DNA of 55,164 nucleotides, from positions 1 through 55,164 of the IMG/VR virus record IMGVR_UViG_3300046816_000301; one strand, written 5' to 3'. This stretch comes from a virus (taxonomy: Duplodnaviria > Caudoviricetes). Both the position numbers and the translations under genes were made by a program. Positions 16,816 through 25,896 of this stretch are shown here, piece after piece. Every line of letters begins with the position of its first letter. Positions within the stretch are counted from its first letter, which is position 1. Under the pieces are notes generated by a model, which saw nothing but the letters and a program-made list of their open reading frames with translations, made no database searches and was not told where the DNA came from.

Positions 16816-17109
16816 ATGCCAACGTTAGCACCTGGGGTCCACGACCCCAGCGAGGCACCGTGGTGGGAGTTCCACTGCGAAGACTGTGCCACCGTCGTGG
16901 CGCAGTGGATGAGCCACGCGGCGCGGGATATATCCCAGCAGGTGATCAACCGCGCCGCCGGTGGTTACGTTCATTCCGTCGAGGTTTTATTTACTTCGCT
17001 CGACGGGATGAGCGGCCACTACCGTTGTCGTGCCAAGCTGCACCCCGGGCGCTGGTGGTATTTCACCGTGAGCAGAGGTAATCAAGTGTCAGTACCGACA
17101 ACTCATTAA
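16816..17109 (+). CDS. Hypothetical protein
   Basis: GGGAGA RBS before ATG 16816; CEDC motif. Confidence 0.55.
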   Translation: MPTLAPGVHDPSEAPWWEFHCEDCATVVAQWMSHAARDISQQVINRAAGGYVHSVEVLFTSLDGMSGHYRCRAKLHPGRWWYFTVSRGNQVSVPTTH

Positions 17110-17222
17110 GGGAGAACTGCATGGTGTTGTTCTGGCAGGTGCTTAAATACACAGCGGTCAGCCTGTTCATCATCTTCATGTTGATGATGATCTACCATGC
17201 GCGGTTAGTTTGTTCGTAACCC

Positions 17223-17239
17223 ATCCCTACCGTAGGGAT
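17223..17239. repeat. Palindrome P copy (intergenic)
   Basis: ATCCCTACCGTAGGGAT. Confidence 0.95.
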
Positions 17240-17281
17240 TTGCCTCCACCCGAAACCTTTAAATTCATAGGAGAATTTAAG

Positions 17282-18103
17282 ATGTCCAACTACCAGTTCA
17301 GTCCAAATCAAAAACTCGATCTGATGAACTACGCGCGGCAGGCGTTCGATCGTCGCGCGCTGCTCATGGAGGGAAGCTTCCCGCTCACGCAACAACAAGT
17401 TATTGATGCGTGCTCCCCTGCGGAGGTGCGTAAAACTCTGCGCGAGCTGCACACCCAAGGGGTGCAGAGCATCAGGACCACCAACCATTTATTTGCCGAG
17501 GTGAGGGGCATACTGGACTACCCGGTATACCTCCGCTTCCAGACCGAGGCGAAGAGCTACTACGTCTACGAGGCGCAGATCAGCGATTACGAGGCGCAAG
17601 CGCTGCTCCGCACAACCGCCGGCATCGCGTCAAAGATAAATTTCGATATCACCTCGCTCGACGAGATTTCACTTGCGAACCTTCGCAAGTGGCTCACCGT
17701 CGCGGCGCGCGAGAAGCGCTTCGCCGCGCTGGCCAAGGATCTCGTCGCCAAGTTTGTTAACCTCTACTGTCCGTCGCTCTACCACCTCGCGGCGCGGTGG
17801 CCCGAGTTGAAAATTATTGTGGGCAAACTGGGTGATGCGTGGCCTAATAGGGTGGCCGAGCTGCCGTCGGAGTACCGGCTGCTTAGCTGGGGCTGGTCCG
17901 ACAACGAGGACGATCCCGGCGAGCAGTGGCGGGCGCGGAACCATGCGGCGCTGGCGATGGCCGGCGAGGTGCTGGTGTCGGCCGAGATGCTGCCGCAGCA
18001 CGGGCGTCACGGTGAACTCCGGTCCCACAGCATGACGCCCGCCGATCCGGTGAGTGCTATCGTCAAAGGGTGGCGGGTCAAGGACAAGTGGGCGCTTATC
18101 TAG
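17282..18103 (+). CDS. Hypothetical protein
   Basis: AGGAGA RBS before ATG 17282; GC3-rich coding pattern. Confidence 0.75.
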   Translation: MSNYQFSPNQKLDLMNYARQAFDRRALLMEGSFPLTQQQVIDACSPAEVRKTLRELHTQGVQSIRTTNHLFAEVRGILDYPVYLRFQTEAKSYYVYEAQISDYEAQALLRTTAGIASKINFDITSLDEISLANLRKWLTVAAREKRFAALAKDLVAKFVNLYCPSLYHLAARWPELKIIVGKLGDAWPNRVAELPSEYRLLSWGWSDNEDDPGEQWRARNHAALAMAGEVLVSAEMLPQHGRHGELRSHSMTPADPVSAIVKGWRVKDKWALI

Positions 18104-18142
18104 GGCGGGCAACTATAGGATCTATATCTATAGGAATGCTAG

Positions 18143-20062
18143 ATGATCGTTAGCATCGACTTCGAGACCTTCTACGACCGGGAGTACTCGCTCTCCAAGA
18201 TAAGCGAGGTCGAGTACGTCCTCGATCCTCGGTTCGAGACCATCATGTGCGCGGTCAAGATCAATAACAAACCGACAAATACCTACGTAGGGAAGCGAGC
18301 GGTAGCGTCGGCGCTATCCCAGATCAACTGGGAGAGTGCGGCGCTGCTCGCGCACAACAACCGCTTCGACGGTGCGATCCTGGCGTGGCACTACGGGCAC
18401 ATCCCTAAGCTCTATCTCGATACCCTAAGCATGGCGCGCGCGACCACGCACTGGAACATCGGTCGCTCGAGCTTGAAGGCAGTCTCCGACTACCTCGGGC
18501 TGCCGCCCAAGGGGGACGAGGTGGTGCGCGCTATCGGTAAGCGTCTGCGTGACTTCGCGCCTGACGAACTCGCTGCGTATCGCTCGTACTGCGAACGCGA
18601 CAACGAGAACTGCTACGACATTTTCCAGATCATGCGCCCGTGTTTTTCCAACGAAGAGCTGCAGCTCATCGACCTGGTGATGCGCATGTATATTTTACCC
18701 CAGGTGCAGCTCGATCGAGCTGCACTCAGCTTGTATCTCGACGAGCTACAAGCTGAGAAGGCGGCGATCATGGCCGAGATCGAGCAGCTCACCCTCGACC
18801 GCTCGGTGTTCAGCTCGAATATCAAGTTCGCGGATTTACTCCGCGAACTTGGCGTCGAGCTGCCGATGAAGGTATCTCCTACTACTGGTGAGGAGATACC
18901 TGCGCTCGCTAAGAACGACCGGGGCTTTAGAGATCTCTTACAGGACGAGAACCAGCCCACCATCGTGCAGTGCGTCCTCGCTGCCAGGATGGCAACCAAG
19001 TCCACCTTGGAAGAAACAAGGACGCGACGCTTGATAAACCTGGCGGAAACTACCTGGCCGGTGCAGGGCACAGGCTGGGGTCCGGTGCCGCTTAAATATT
19101 CTGGCGCGCGGACCCACAGATTTAGTGGGGATGATGGAACTAACTGGTTAAATTTTAGACGAGGATCAAAGATCAAAGCCGGTATCTGTGCACCGTCGGG
19201 TTACCGGGTGGTGCACAGAGACAGCTCGCAGATCGAGGCGCGCATGGTCGCGTGGCTCGCCAGGTGCAGCTACCTCGTCAATGCCTTCGCCGAAGGCATC
19301 GACGTGTACTGCCAGTTCGCCTCGGAGATCTATAACCGTGTCGTCACGCGCGACGACACGCTCGAGCGCTTCGTCGGCAAGACGGGGATTTTATCCCTCA
19401 ACTACGCGGCGGGGCCGGCGCGCTTCCGTCACATGCTGTTTGTTGGCAACGGTGGTGTTTCAGTGAACGTCACACTGGAACAGGCCGAGCGCATCGTCTA
19501 CCGCTACCGTGATCTCCTCCCCGAGATCCCGAACCTGTGGACCGCCGGCGAGCATCTGCTGCGCGACGTGACGCAGGTCTCCGGGAGACCTGCGAAGAAC
19601 GTCAGCCGCATAGTCCACGACAACCAGCTATACCCAAAGGCCGCTGGACCGGTCCAAGTAGGCTTCGACAGTTTATGGTTACCCAGCGGGCTGTGTATCA
19701 GCTACCCCGGCATCCACGCCGAGCGCACACCCGAGGGGGCGGAGCTGTTCTACGACGATCCCTACGGCGGGAAACGCAAGATCTACGGCGCCAAGTGCAT
19801 CGAGAATATTTCTCAGGCGCTGTCGCGCATCATCGTCACCAGCATCGCTGTCCGCGTCTACGCGGACACGGGCTACCATCCGTTCCTGTGCACCTACGAC
19901 AGCTTGGATTATGTCGTACCGCTTGATCAAGCGGCAGACATGGATGAGAGGCTCGAGCATGAGTTCAGCCAGGTGCCCTCGTGGGCGCAGGGCCTGCCCC
20001 TGGCCAGCGAGGGCGGGTGGGGTGTGAGCTTGCTTGAGGCGGAGAAGGGAGTGAACCAATGA
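18143..20062 (+). CDS. Family A DNA polymerase with 3'-5' exonuclease
   Basis: Exo I DFET, Exo II AHNNRFD, Exo III YCERD; motif A DSSQIEAR, motif B RFVGKTGILSLNY, motif C variant TYDS. Confidence 0.93.
   Translation: MIVSIDFETFYDREYSLSKISEVEYVLDPRFETIMCAVKINNKPTNTYVGKRAVASALSQINWESAALLAHNNRFDGAILAWHYGHIPKLYLDTLSMARATTHWNIGRSSLKAVSDYLGLPPKGDEVVRAIGKRLRDFAPDELAAYRSYCERDNENCYDIFQIMRPCFSNEELQLIDLVMRMYILPQVQLDRAALSLYLDELQAEKAAIMAEIEQLTLDRSVFSSNIKFADLLRELGVELPMKVSPTTGEEIPALAKNDRGFRDLLQDENQPTIVQCVLAARMATKSTLEETRTRRLINLAETTWPVQGTGWGPVPLKYSGARTHRFSGDDGTNWLNFRRGSKIKAGICAPSGYRVVHRDSSQIEARMVAWLARCSYLVNAFAEGIDVYCQFASEIYNRVVTRDDTLERFVGKTGILSLNYAAGPARFRHMLFVGNGGVSVNVTLEQAERIVYRYRDLLPEIPNLWTAGEHLLRDVTQVSGRPAKNVSRIVHDNQLYPKAAGPVQVGFDSLWLPSGLCISYPGIHAERTPEGAELFYDDPYGGKRKIYGAKCIENISQALSRIIVTSIAVRVYADTGYHPFLCTYDSLDYVVPLDQAADMDERLEHEFSQVPSWAQGLPLASEGGWGVSLLEAEKGVNQ
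18280..18293. repeat. Palindrome P variant (in polymerase gene)
   Basis: TACCTACGTAGGGA, one mismatch. Confidence 0.7.
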
Positions 20063-20331
20063 AGATGGCTGAGATCAGGACCGAGCTGCACCGCTTCGCC
20101 GGTACGCTGCCTAACCCCGACGACGCGGCGTGGGTGCACTTCCTCGCCGAGCAGACCCGTCGCCGGCGGCCGGTGCGCCGCGCGCCGAGGCAGCGCTACA
20201 ACAAAATCACCCAGCCGCAGGTGATTGACTTCTTTCGTAGTAACCCAAGAGCGGACTACATGACCTGCGCTTCGGTGCTTGGTTCCAACATCGGTCGGGT
20301 GTCCGAGAAGCTAACGGGGTATCGCACATGA
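20059..20331 (+). CDS. Small putative HTH protein
   Basis: C-terminal ASVLGSNIGRVSEKL is HTH-like. Confidence 0.55.
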   Translation: MKMAEIRTELHRFAGTLPNPDDAAWVHFLAEQTRRRRPVRRAPRQRYNKITQPQVIDFFRSNPRADYMTCASVLGSNIGRVSEKLTGYRT

Positions 20332-20987
20332 CATTCACTTGGAGCTACTCCGCATTAAAAAATTACGAGACCTGCCCGAAGCGTCACTACCACTACGACG
20401 TGGCCAAGGACATCAAGGACGAGACCTACCAGCAAGGTGAAGGACATCTCGCGCACAAGGCGTTCGAGGAGTTTGTCCGCAAGGGAAAATCCCTACCGTT
20501 GGGATTGGTTCAGCACCAGGAGATGCTTGAGAAGCTTACTAAATTACCGGGCGAGACCTATGCCGAGCAGAAGCTCGCTCTAACAAGCGAGTTTAAACCA
20601 ACCGGGTTCTTCGACAAGCGGGTGTGGTTCCGCACGGTGGTGGACTTCTGCAACGTGCAGGGATCAAACGCCGTGGTGATTGACTGGAAGACCGGGCGGC
20701 CGAGCGCCGACATGACGCAACTGCAACTCCTATCGGCGACCGTGTTTCACTATTTGAGCACGGTCAAGCGGGTAAAGGCGGCGCTGCTGTTTGTCAACCA
20801 CAACGGCGCGGAGCGCGCCGAGTTTGTGCGCGGTGACCTGCCCGAGATCTGGAACGAGATTTTACCTCGGGTGAAGCAGCTCGAGAAGGCCCGCCGGACG
20901 GAGGAATACCCTCCAACCCCGTCGGGTCTCTGCGTCAAGTACTGCGGCGTGGTGAGCTGCCCCTATCACGGGAGGGGGACGCGATGA
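20328..20987 (+). CDS. PD-(D/E)XK (RecB/Cas4-like) exonuclease
   Basis: WSYS.L..YETCP, VVD...VIDWKTG, QLQL, C-terminal LC.KYC...SCP cluster. Confidence 0.9.
   Translation: MTFTWSYSALKNYETCPKRHYHYDVAKDIKDETYQQGEGHLAHKAFEEFVRKGKSLPLGLVQHQEMLEKLTKLPGETYAEQKLALTSEFKPTGFFDKRVWFRTVVDFCNVQGSNAVVIDWKTGRPSADMTQLQLLSATVFHYLSTVKRVKAALLFVNHNGAERAEFVRGDLPEIWNEILPRVKQLEKARRTEEYPPTPSGLCVKYCGVVSCPYHGRGTR
20490..20504. repeat. Palindrome P variant (in exonuclease gene)
   Basis: TCCCTACCGTTGGGA, TAG replaced by TTG. Confidence 0.85.
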
Positions 20988-21253
20988 GTTACATCGAGCA
21001 GATGAGTACGTTCGTTGACCTGCAGGATACGGTGATGGAGCAGCTCCCCGAGGCGCTGCGGCCTAGGCTGCACGTGACTATCATCAAAGCTGATCCGTAT
21101 TTCCTGCGTGCCGAGGTGGCGTTCTACGACGTGACCGGGCCGCTGGAAAAACACATCCTCGACGTCAAGCTCGAGCGCGACCGGCTGCCCGGCATCGACC
21201 GGCAGGCGGCGTGGAAGCTGCCCGATACCGCGCTGGCATACCTATGTCTCTAA
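20984..21253 (+). CDS. Hypothetical protein
   Basis: ATGA-coupled ORF. Confidence 0.6.
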   Translation: MSYIEQMSTFVDLQDTVMEQLPEALRPRLHVTIIKADPYFLRAEVAFYDVTGPLEKHILDVKLERDRLPGIDRQAAWKLPDTALAYLCL

Positions 21254-21687
21254 TAAACTCCCCGTGGAACGGCGATCTGTGGAAGAGCCTGTTCGGAGAT
21301 CCGTCGATGGGTTCTGGGATACTAGCGCAACCGCCGCTTAGCGCATTCCAGATACAGCAGGCGCAGGCTTTGGCGGCGCAGCAGAACGCCGGTATCGGCA
21401 TAGGCGTGCCGGACAGCTACTGCGCACGCACCTCACCGGCTCACGTCAAGATACAGGAAGCAATCAACAAGGCTGTCGCGCAGCTACCCTTCCGCTTGGC
21501 GTTGAAGATCGACCACATCAAGTTTGGACCAGAAGTTGTCGGGTTCAACCAGCTCACCTTCGAGCACGAATACAAAGATTTAGGATTTGTGGTGAAGTAC
21601 ATCAGCGGTAAAGAGATTAAGTTCTACGACATAGACGAGTTCCCCACCGACGCCGACATTGCGCGGATTGCTTTGGAAGCTGGGTAA
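21244..21687 (+). CDS. Hypothetical protein
   Basis: Probable ATG 21244; ends in FPTDADIARIAL. Confidence 0.6.
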   Translation: MSLINSPWNGDLWKSLFGDPSMGSGILAQPPLSAFQIQQAQALAAQQNAGIGIGVPDSYCARTSPAHVKIQEAINKAVAQLPFRLALKIDHIKFGPEVVGFNQLTFEHEYKDLGFVVKYISGKEIKFYDIDEFPTDADIARIALEAG

Positions 21688-22004
21688 TGACGCCAGAAGG
21701 AAAGATAAAAAAACAAATACGTCACGTACTCGCTATATATAGCGAGTACGTCTACGAGTTCTGGCCGGTGCCGGGAGGATACGGGCGGTCCACGATAGAT
21801 TGCTTGGGTTTTGTTTGTGGCTTCGGGTTCGCGATCGAAGCCAAAGCACCGGGCGAGAAGCCCACCGACAGACAGGAGGTGATCATCGCGCGTATTAAGC
21901 AAGCACAGGTGAAGGTGTTTATCATCGACGGCCCCGATGGTCTGGCCGAGCTGGACCGTTGGTTATCAGCAGTAACTAAACCTTATAACAGATCCCTACC
22001 GTAG
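21687..22004 (+). CDS. VRR-NUC domain nuclease / resolvase
   Basis: MTPEGKIK...D...FAIEAKAPGEKPTDRQ. Confidence 0.88.
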   Translation: MTPEGKIKKQIRHVLAIYSEYVYEFWPVPGGYGRSTIDCLGFVCGFGFAIEAKAPGEKPTDRQEVIIARIKQAQVKVFIIDGPDGLAELDRWLSAVTKPYNRSLP

Positions 22005-22007
22005 GGA
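21993..22007. repeat. Palindrome P copy providing the VRR-NUC stop codon
   Basis: TCCCTACCGTAGGGA. Confidence 0.95.
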
Positions 22008-22021
22008 CGGAGAGAGTTGAA

Positions 22022-23575
22022 ATGTTCGTAACCCCAGACACTAAGCACATTGTCGTGCCGTGGCGCCCCGACCTGGCCCAGGTGATCCCGCACGCTCGCG
22101 AGTTCGCCTACCAGGGCGAGCGCATGTTATTATTACCCAACGACCACGCCGAGGCGAAGGTTGCGCGCAACCTCGGGGTGCCGGTGCCGGCGCCCATACT
22201 CACCCGCTACGACTGGCGCGGCGGCACACCGTGGGAGACCCAGAAGATTACCTCGGCGTTGCTCACCGAGAGTGAGCGCGCTTATGTTTTAAATGAATTT
22301 GGTACGGGTAAAACAAGAGCCGTGATCTGGGCGGCGGACTACCTGCGCCAAGCAGCACGCGCCGGTCGCGTGCTGATCACCGCGCCGCTGTCGACGCTTA
22401 CCCCGGTGTGGGAGCTAGAGCTGTTCAAGGTATTACCCCGGTCGCGGGTGCGCGTCCTGCACGGCGATCGGGCGAAGCGTCTCTCGCGCCTCGCCGAGGA
22501 CGCCGACTACTACGTGATCAACCATCACGGCCTCGTGATGCTGCAGGACGAGCTGACCCGGCGCGGCTTCTCGATCTTTGTCATCGACGAGCTGGCCACG
22601 TTCCGCAACCGCACCACCGGATTGTGGAAGGCGGCCAACGCGATCATCCAGAACTCGAAGAAGCTCGAGTATGTCTGGGGCCTGACCGGGTCGCCGACCC
22701 CTCGGGCGCCGACCGACGCCCACGCGCAGACCAGGTTACTGACACCCGACCGGGTGCCGCGCACCATGTCCCGCTTCAAGGACATGACGATGAAACAAAT
22801 ATCCGGCTTCAAGTGGGTCAAGCGCCCGCAGGCGCAGGACATCGTGCACCAGGCGATGCAGCCCAGCGTGAGATTTTCTTTATCTGATGTGGTCGAGCTG
22901 CCGCCAACTAACTACCGGGTGCAGACGGTTGACTTAAGCAAGGAGGCCAAGACCGCCTACAAGGTGATGTTCGACAAGATGGTGGTGATGACCAACCGGG
23001 GCGAGAGCATCACCGCTGTCAACGAGGGTGTGCTGCAGATGAAGCTGATGCAGGTCGCGCTCGGCTACATCTACACCGACAAGCATGGCGTGTATGAATT
23101 ACCCAACCAGCCCCGCCTGGATGCTCTAAGTGAGGTGGTCGAGCAGAACACGCGCAAGGTGATTGTCTTTGTGCCGTTTATTCACGCACTGGAAGGAGTG
23201 GCTAAGCATTTGCAGCAAACTGAAAGCATCGCCGTGGTGCATGGTCAGACACCCGTCGGCGCGCGCAACAAGATCTTCAAGAGTTTCCAAGAGGCGGCAG
23301 AGCCTAGAGTTCTTGTAGCTCATCCCGGTTGTATGTCACACGGGCTGACACTGACGGCAGCATCTACAATTGTGTGGTTTGGTCTGGTTAATAATTTCGA
23401 GACCTACGAACAGGCCAACGCCCGCATCATCCGGCCGGGGCAAACAGACAAGACGTTGATATTGCACCTTGTCGGGACACCGGTAGAGAAGCTAGCATAC
23501 CGGCGGCTGCAGGAACGTGGAAGCTTCCAGGGCATGCTGCTTGAGTTGTTTAGGCAACAGGAACTGGACTTCTGA
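22022..23575 (+). CDS. SNF2-family helicase
   Basis: GTGKT, VIDELA, GLTGSP, HGLTLTAA, YEQANARIIRPGQ. Confidence 0.92.
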   Translation: MFVTPDTKHIVVPWRPDLAQVIPHAREFAYQGERMLLLPNDHAEAKVARNLGVPVPAPILTRYDWRGGTPWETQKITSALLTESERAYVLNEFGTGKTRAVIWAADYLRQAARAGRVLITAPLSTLTPVWELELFKVLPRSRVRVLHGDRAKRLSRLAEDADYYVINHHGLVMLQDELTRRGFSIFVIDELATFRNRTTGLWKAANAIIQNSKKLEYVWGLTGSPTPRAPTDAHAQTRLLTPDRVPRTMSRFKDMTMKQISGFKWVKRPQAQDIVHQAMQPSVRFSLSDVVELPPTNYRVQTVDLSKEAKTAYKVMFDKMVVMTNRGESITAVNEGVLQMKLMQVALGYIYTDKHGVYELPNQPRLDALSEVVEQNTRKVIVFVPFIHALEGVAKHLQQTESIAVVHGQTPVGARNKIFKSFQEAAEPRVLVAHPGCMSHGLTLTAASTIVWFGLVNNFETYEQANARIIRPGQTDKTLILHLVGTPVEKLAYRRLQERGSFQGMLLELFRQQELDF

Positions 23576-23597
23576 ACAGGGGAGGAATTAATGAACG

Positions 23598-24056
23598 ATG
23601 CGACTCATAGTGCCGATGGGCTGCGGCGCTACCAAATTACTATTATCTCCAAGCTTCTCGATGCTGACCACTAGGATAGTTCCTCGGCGGCGCATCAAGC
23701 TGCGCCCCGTAGAACTGCCACCACCTCCTCGGAGCCGGCGCATCAAGAAATCCGAACAGCTGCGCATGGCGGGCATAACTTATGTCCCGCCTAAGTCTTA
23801 CAGTATTGGTGTACCAAACCGAGGCTTTGCCTGTTTACTCATGCAGTGGGCGCACGAGGCTGGGATCGAGATCCGATGGGTGAACCGGTTCGACGCCGTC
23901 TGGCACGACGACGCCGGCCCGATCGTCATCGCCTTTAAGAGTATCGAGGACCGCACCGCGTTGATGACGGTGGCGCGGCGCAAGATCGGCGCGCTCGATA
24001 GGTTTACCGCGAGGAACATCCTACGACAAAGGTTTGACGAGATAACCCCTACGTAG
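23598..24056 (+). CDS. Hypothetical protein (start uncertain)
   Basis: ORF in operon; its stop codon lies within a palindrome copy. Confidence 0.5.
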   Translation: MRLIVPMGCGATKLLLSPSFSMLTTRIVPRRRIKLRPVELPPPPRSRRIKKSEQLRMAGITYVPPKSYSIGVPNRGFACLLMQWAHEAGIEIRWVNRFDAVWHDDAGPIVIAFKSIEDRTALMTVARRKIGALDRFTARNILRQRFDEITPT

Positions 24057-24059
24057 GGA
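24046..24059. repeat. Palindrome P copy, no spacer, providing a stop codon
   Basis: CCCCTACGTAGGGA. Confidence 0.9.
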
Positions 24060-24061
24060 AA

Positions 24062-24367
24062 GTGACGATGTACCGCAAGTACCGTCGATCGAAGTCATCG
24101 GTAGTTGACTGGGTGCCCGACATGACCATCGCAGAAACGGACCTGTCCAAGCGGGCGAAGCGGGTACTGGCCGGCGCGCTCATAGTTACGTTCGAGGAGC
24201 TGCTCGAGCAATACAGGGACGAGCGTTACACTGGTCGGGTGAACCTCTTGCGGCTGCCGTACTGCGGCCCCAAGACGGCGGATGAGATTGAGAAATTTCT
24301 CAGGGAGGAGATCTATGACCCCGGCAGTAATGATCGAAAAATATCTCGAGCTGCGCCGCGCCGTTGA
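24062..24367 (+). CDS. RNA polymerase alpha-CTD-like protein
   Basis: IAETDLSKRAKRVLAGALIVTFEELL...NLLRLPYCGPKTADEIEKFL matches the alpha-CTD pattern L.LSVR..NCL....I....DL....LL..PN.G.KS..EI. Confidence 0.8.
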   Translation: MTMYRKYRRSKSSVVDWVPDMTIAETDLSKRAKRVLAGALIVTFEELLEQYRDERYTGRVNLLRLPYCGPKTADEIEKFLREEIYDPGSNDRKISRAAPRR

Positions 24368-24695
24368 TACGATCAAAGAGAAGCACAAGGTCGAGCTGGC
24401 GCCCTACGTCGAGGTGATGACGCAGCTCGAGAACGAGCTGCTCTCCCATCTTAACCAAGCTGGTGTGGACTCCACGAAATCCTCCAAGGGCACCGCGTAT
24501 AAGAGCACAGCGACGAGCGTGACGGTGGCCGACTGGCCCAAGACACTGGCCTATATCCGCGAGCATGAGCTGTGGGACTTGCTCGAAGCGCGCGTGGCTA
24601 AGAGCGCAGCGGTCGAGATCATCGAGGAAACCAAGCGGGCCATACCCGGGGTGCAGATTTCCCAAGCCGTGGTCTTGCGCGTCCGGGCGGGATGA
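24315..24695 (+). CDS. Conserved phage coiled-coil protein
   Basis: GGAGGAG RBS before ATG 24315; GTAY, DW...YI, LLE.RV, IPGV pattern typical of the gene preceding SSB in such phages. Confidence 0.75.
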   Translation: MTPAVMIEKYLELRRAVDTIKEKHKVELAPYVEVMTQLENELLSHLNQAGVDSTKSSKGTAYKSTATSVTVADWPKTLAYIREHELWDLLEARVAKSAAVEIIEETKRAIPGVQISQAVVLRVRAG

Positions 24696-24759
24696 GCAAC
24701 GATAGTTCCTGTAGACATCTCATCTCCCCTTGATGAGGTCATCCCCCAGGAGAAGCTCA

Positions 24760-25812
24760 ATGGCGAATAGCTTGGTCCCGTTAACGGGTGCGATCCCCCA
24801 ACGCTTTATGGGCCGCAAGCCCAGCGGCATGCTGCAGGCAGCCAAGGCCGGGATACAACCAAGCTTCGGTGTCGTCGGGTACAAGGGGCGCAACTGGTGG
24901 CTCAAGTGGCAGGGTGAGAACCTCCTCTTAAAAGACCCACAGACCGGCGCGCCCAACCAGTCGCTCGATGTGGTGATCGTCGGCGTCAGTGAAGCAATCT
25001 CCAAGATCTATTACTCCAAGCCCTATGTCGAAGGCGACGACGCGGCGCCGGACTGTGCTTCGACGCGCGGCATCACCCCCGATGCCGGCGTGCCGCACAA
25101 GCAGAGCGACGTGTGCGCGACCTGCCGCCACGCCCAGTGGGGCAGCCGCATCACCGACGCCGGCAAGAAGGCCAAGGTGTGCCAGGATAGTCGCCGCATC
25201 GCCGTGGTGCCGCTGACCGATATCATCAACGAAGCCTTCGGCGGTCCGATGCTGCTGCGCATCCCCGCGACCAGCATGCAGAACCTGTCGAAGTATTCCG
25301 ACTTCCTCACCACCAAGGGCGTCGACATGCCGTGGGTGGCGACCCGGCTGTCCTTCGACTACTCGGTGGCGTACCCCAAGCTGACCTTTGAAGCCCTCGG
25401 GTATCTCGACGACGGGCAGCTCGCCGACTCCGACGAGACCGCGCATCATCCGCTGATCGGTCAGCTCTTCGACACCACCGACACCGACGACATCGAGCCG
25501 CAGGCGACCGACGAACCTCGGGGCTTGCATGTGGTCGGCGGCACGCCGGAACCGGCCGAGCCTCCGGGTGAGGCTCCGCCCCCACCGCCGGAAGAAGAGG
25601 AAGAGGTCGAGGAGGCTCCGCCGCCCCCGCCGCCGGCAGCAGCGGCGAAGCCGGTCAATCCCTTTCAGGCCGCGACCAAGGCGGCCGGTGCAGCTCAAGC
25701 TGCCCCTGCTGCTAAGCCAGCGGCACGACGCGCCGCGTCAACCCCCGCGCCTACCCAGGCCCCGCCGGATCTGCTGACCGCGATCGACGAGCTTCTGGTA
25801 CAGCCTGCCTAA
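24760..25812 (+). CDS. Putative ssDNA-binding/annealing protein
   Basis: PDC.S..G..PD, CATC....WGS, K.C...RRIAV, LRIPATS; Pro/Glu-rich tail; located before the primase. Confidence 0.6.
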   Translation: MANSLVPLTGAIPQRFMGRKPSGMLQAAKAGIQPSFGVVGYKGRNWWLKWQGENLLLKDPQTGAPNQSLDVVIVGVSEAISKIYYSKPYVEGDDAAPDCASTRGITPDAGVPHKQSDVCATCRHAQWGSRITDAGKKAKVCQDSRRIAVVPLTDIINEAFGGPMLLRIPATSMQNLSKYSDFLTTKGVDMPWVATRLSFDYSVAYPKLTFEALGYLDDGQLADSDETAHHPLIGQLFDTTDTDDIEPQATDEPRGLHVVGGTPEPAEPPGEAPPPPPEEEEEVEEAPPPPPPAAAAKPVNPFQAATKAAGAAQAAPAAKPAARRAASTPAPTQAPPDLLTAIDELLVQPA

Positions 25813-25821
25813 ATAAAAAAC

Positions 25822-25875
25822 CGGCGAGACTCAGGTGCCAGCCTGGTCTCGCCGCGCTCTTACTTTGCCTTTTAC
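25822..25875 (+). terminator. Hairpin / possible terminator
   Basis: CGGCGAGAC(T)CAGG-TGCCAG-CCTG-GTCTCGCCG with a preceding A run and a following T-rich tract. Confidence 0.55.
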
Positions 25876-25896
25876 CCTTGCTTCAAGGCCAACCAG

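Noticed and set aside
19759-19772. Weak P-like matches (19759, 24402, 31795, 53466)
   Set aside because: Two or more mismatches, compatible with chance; not counted.
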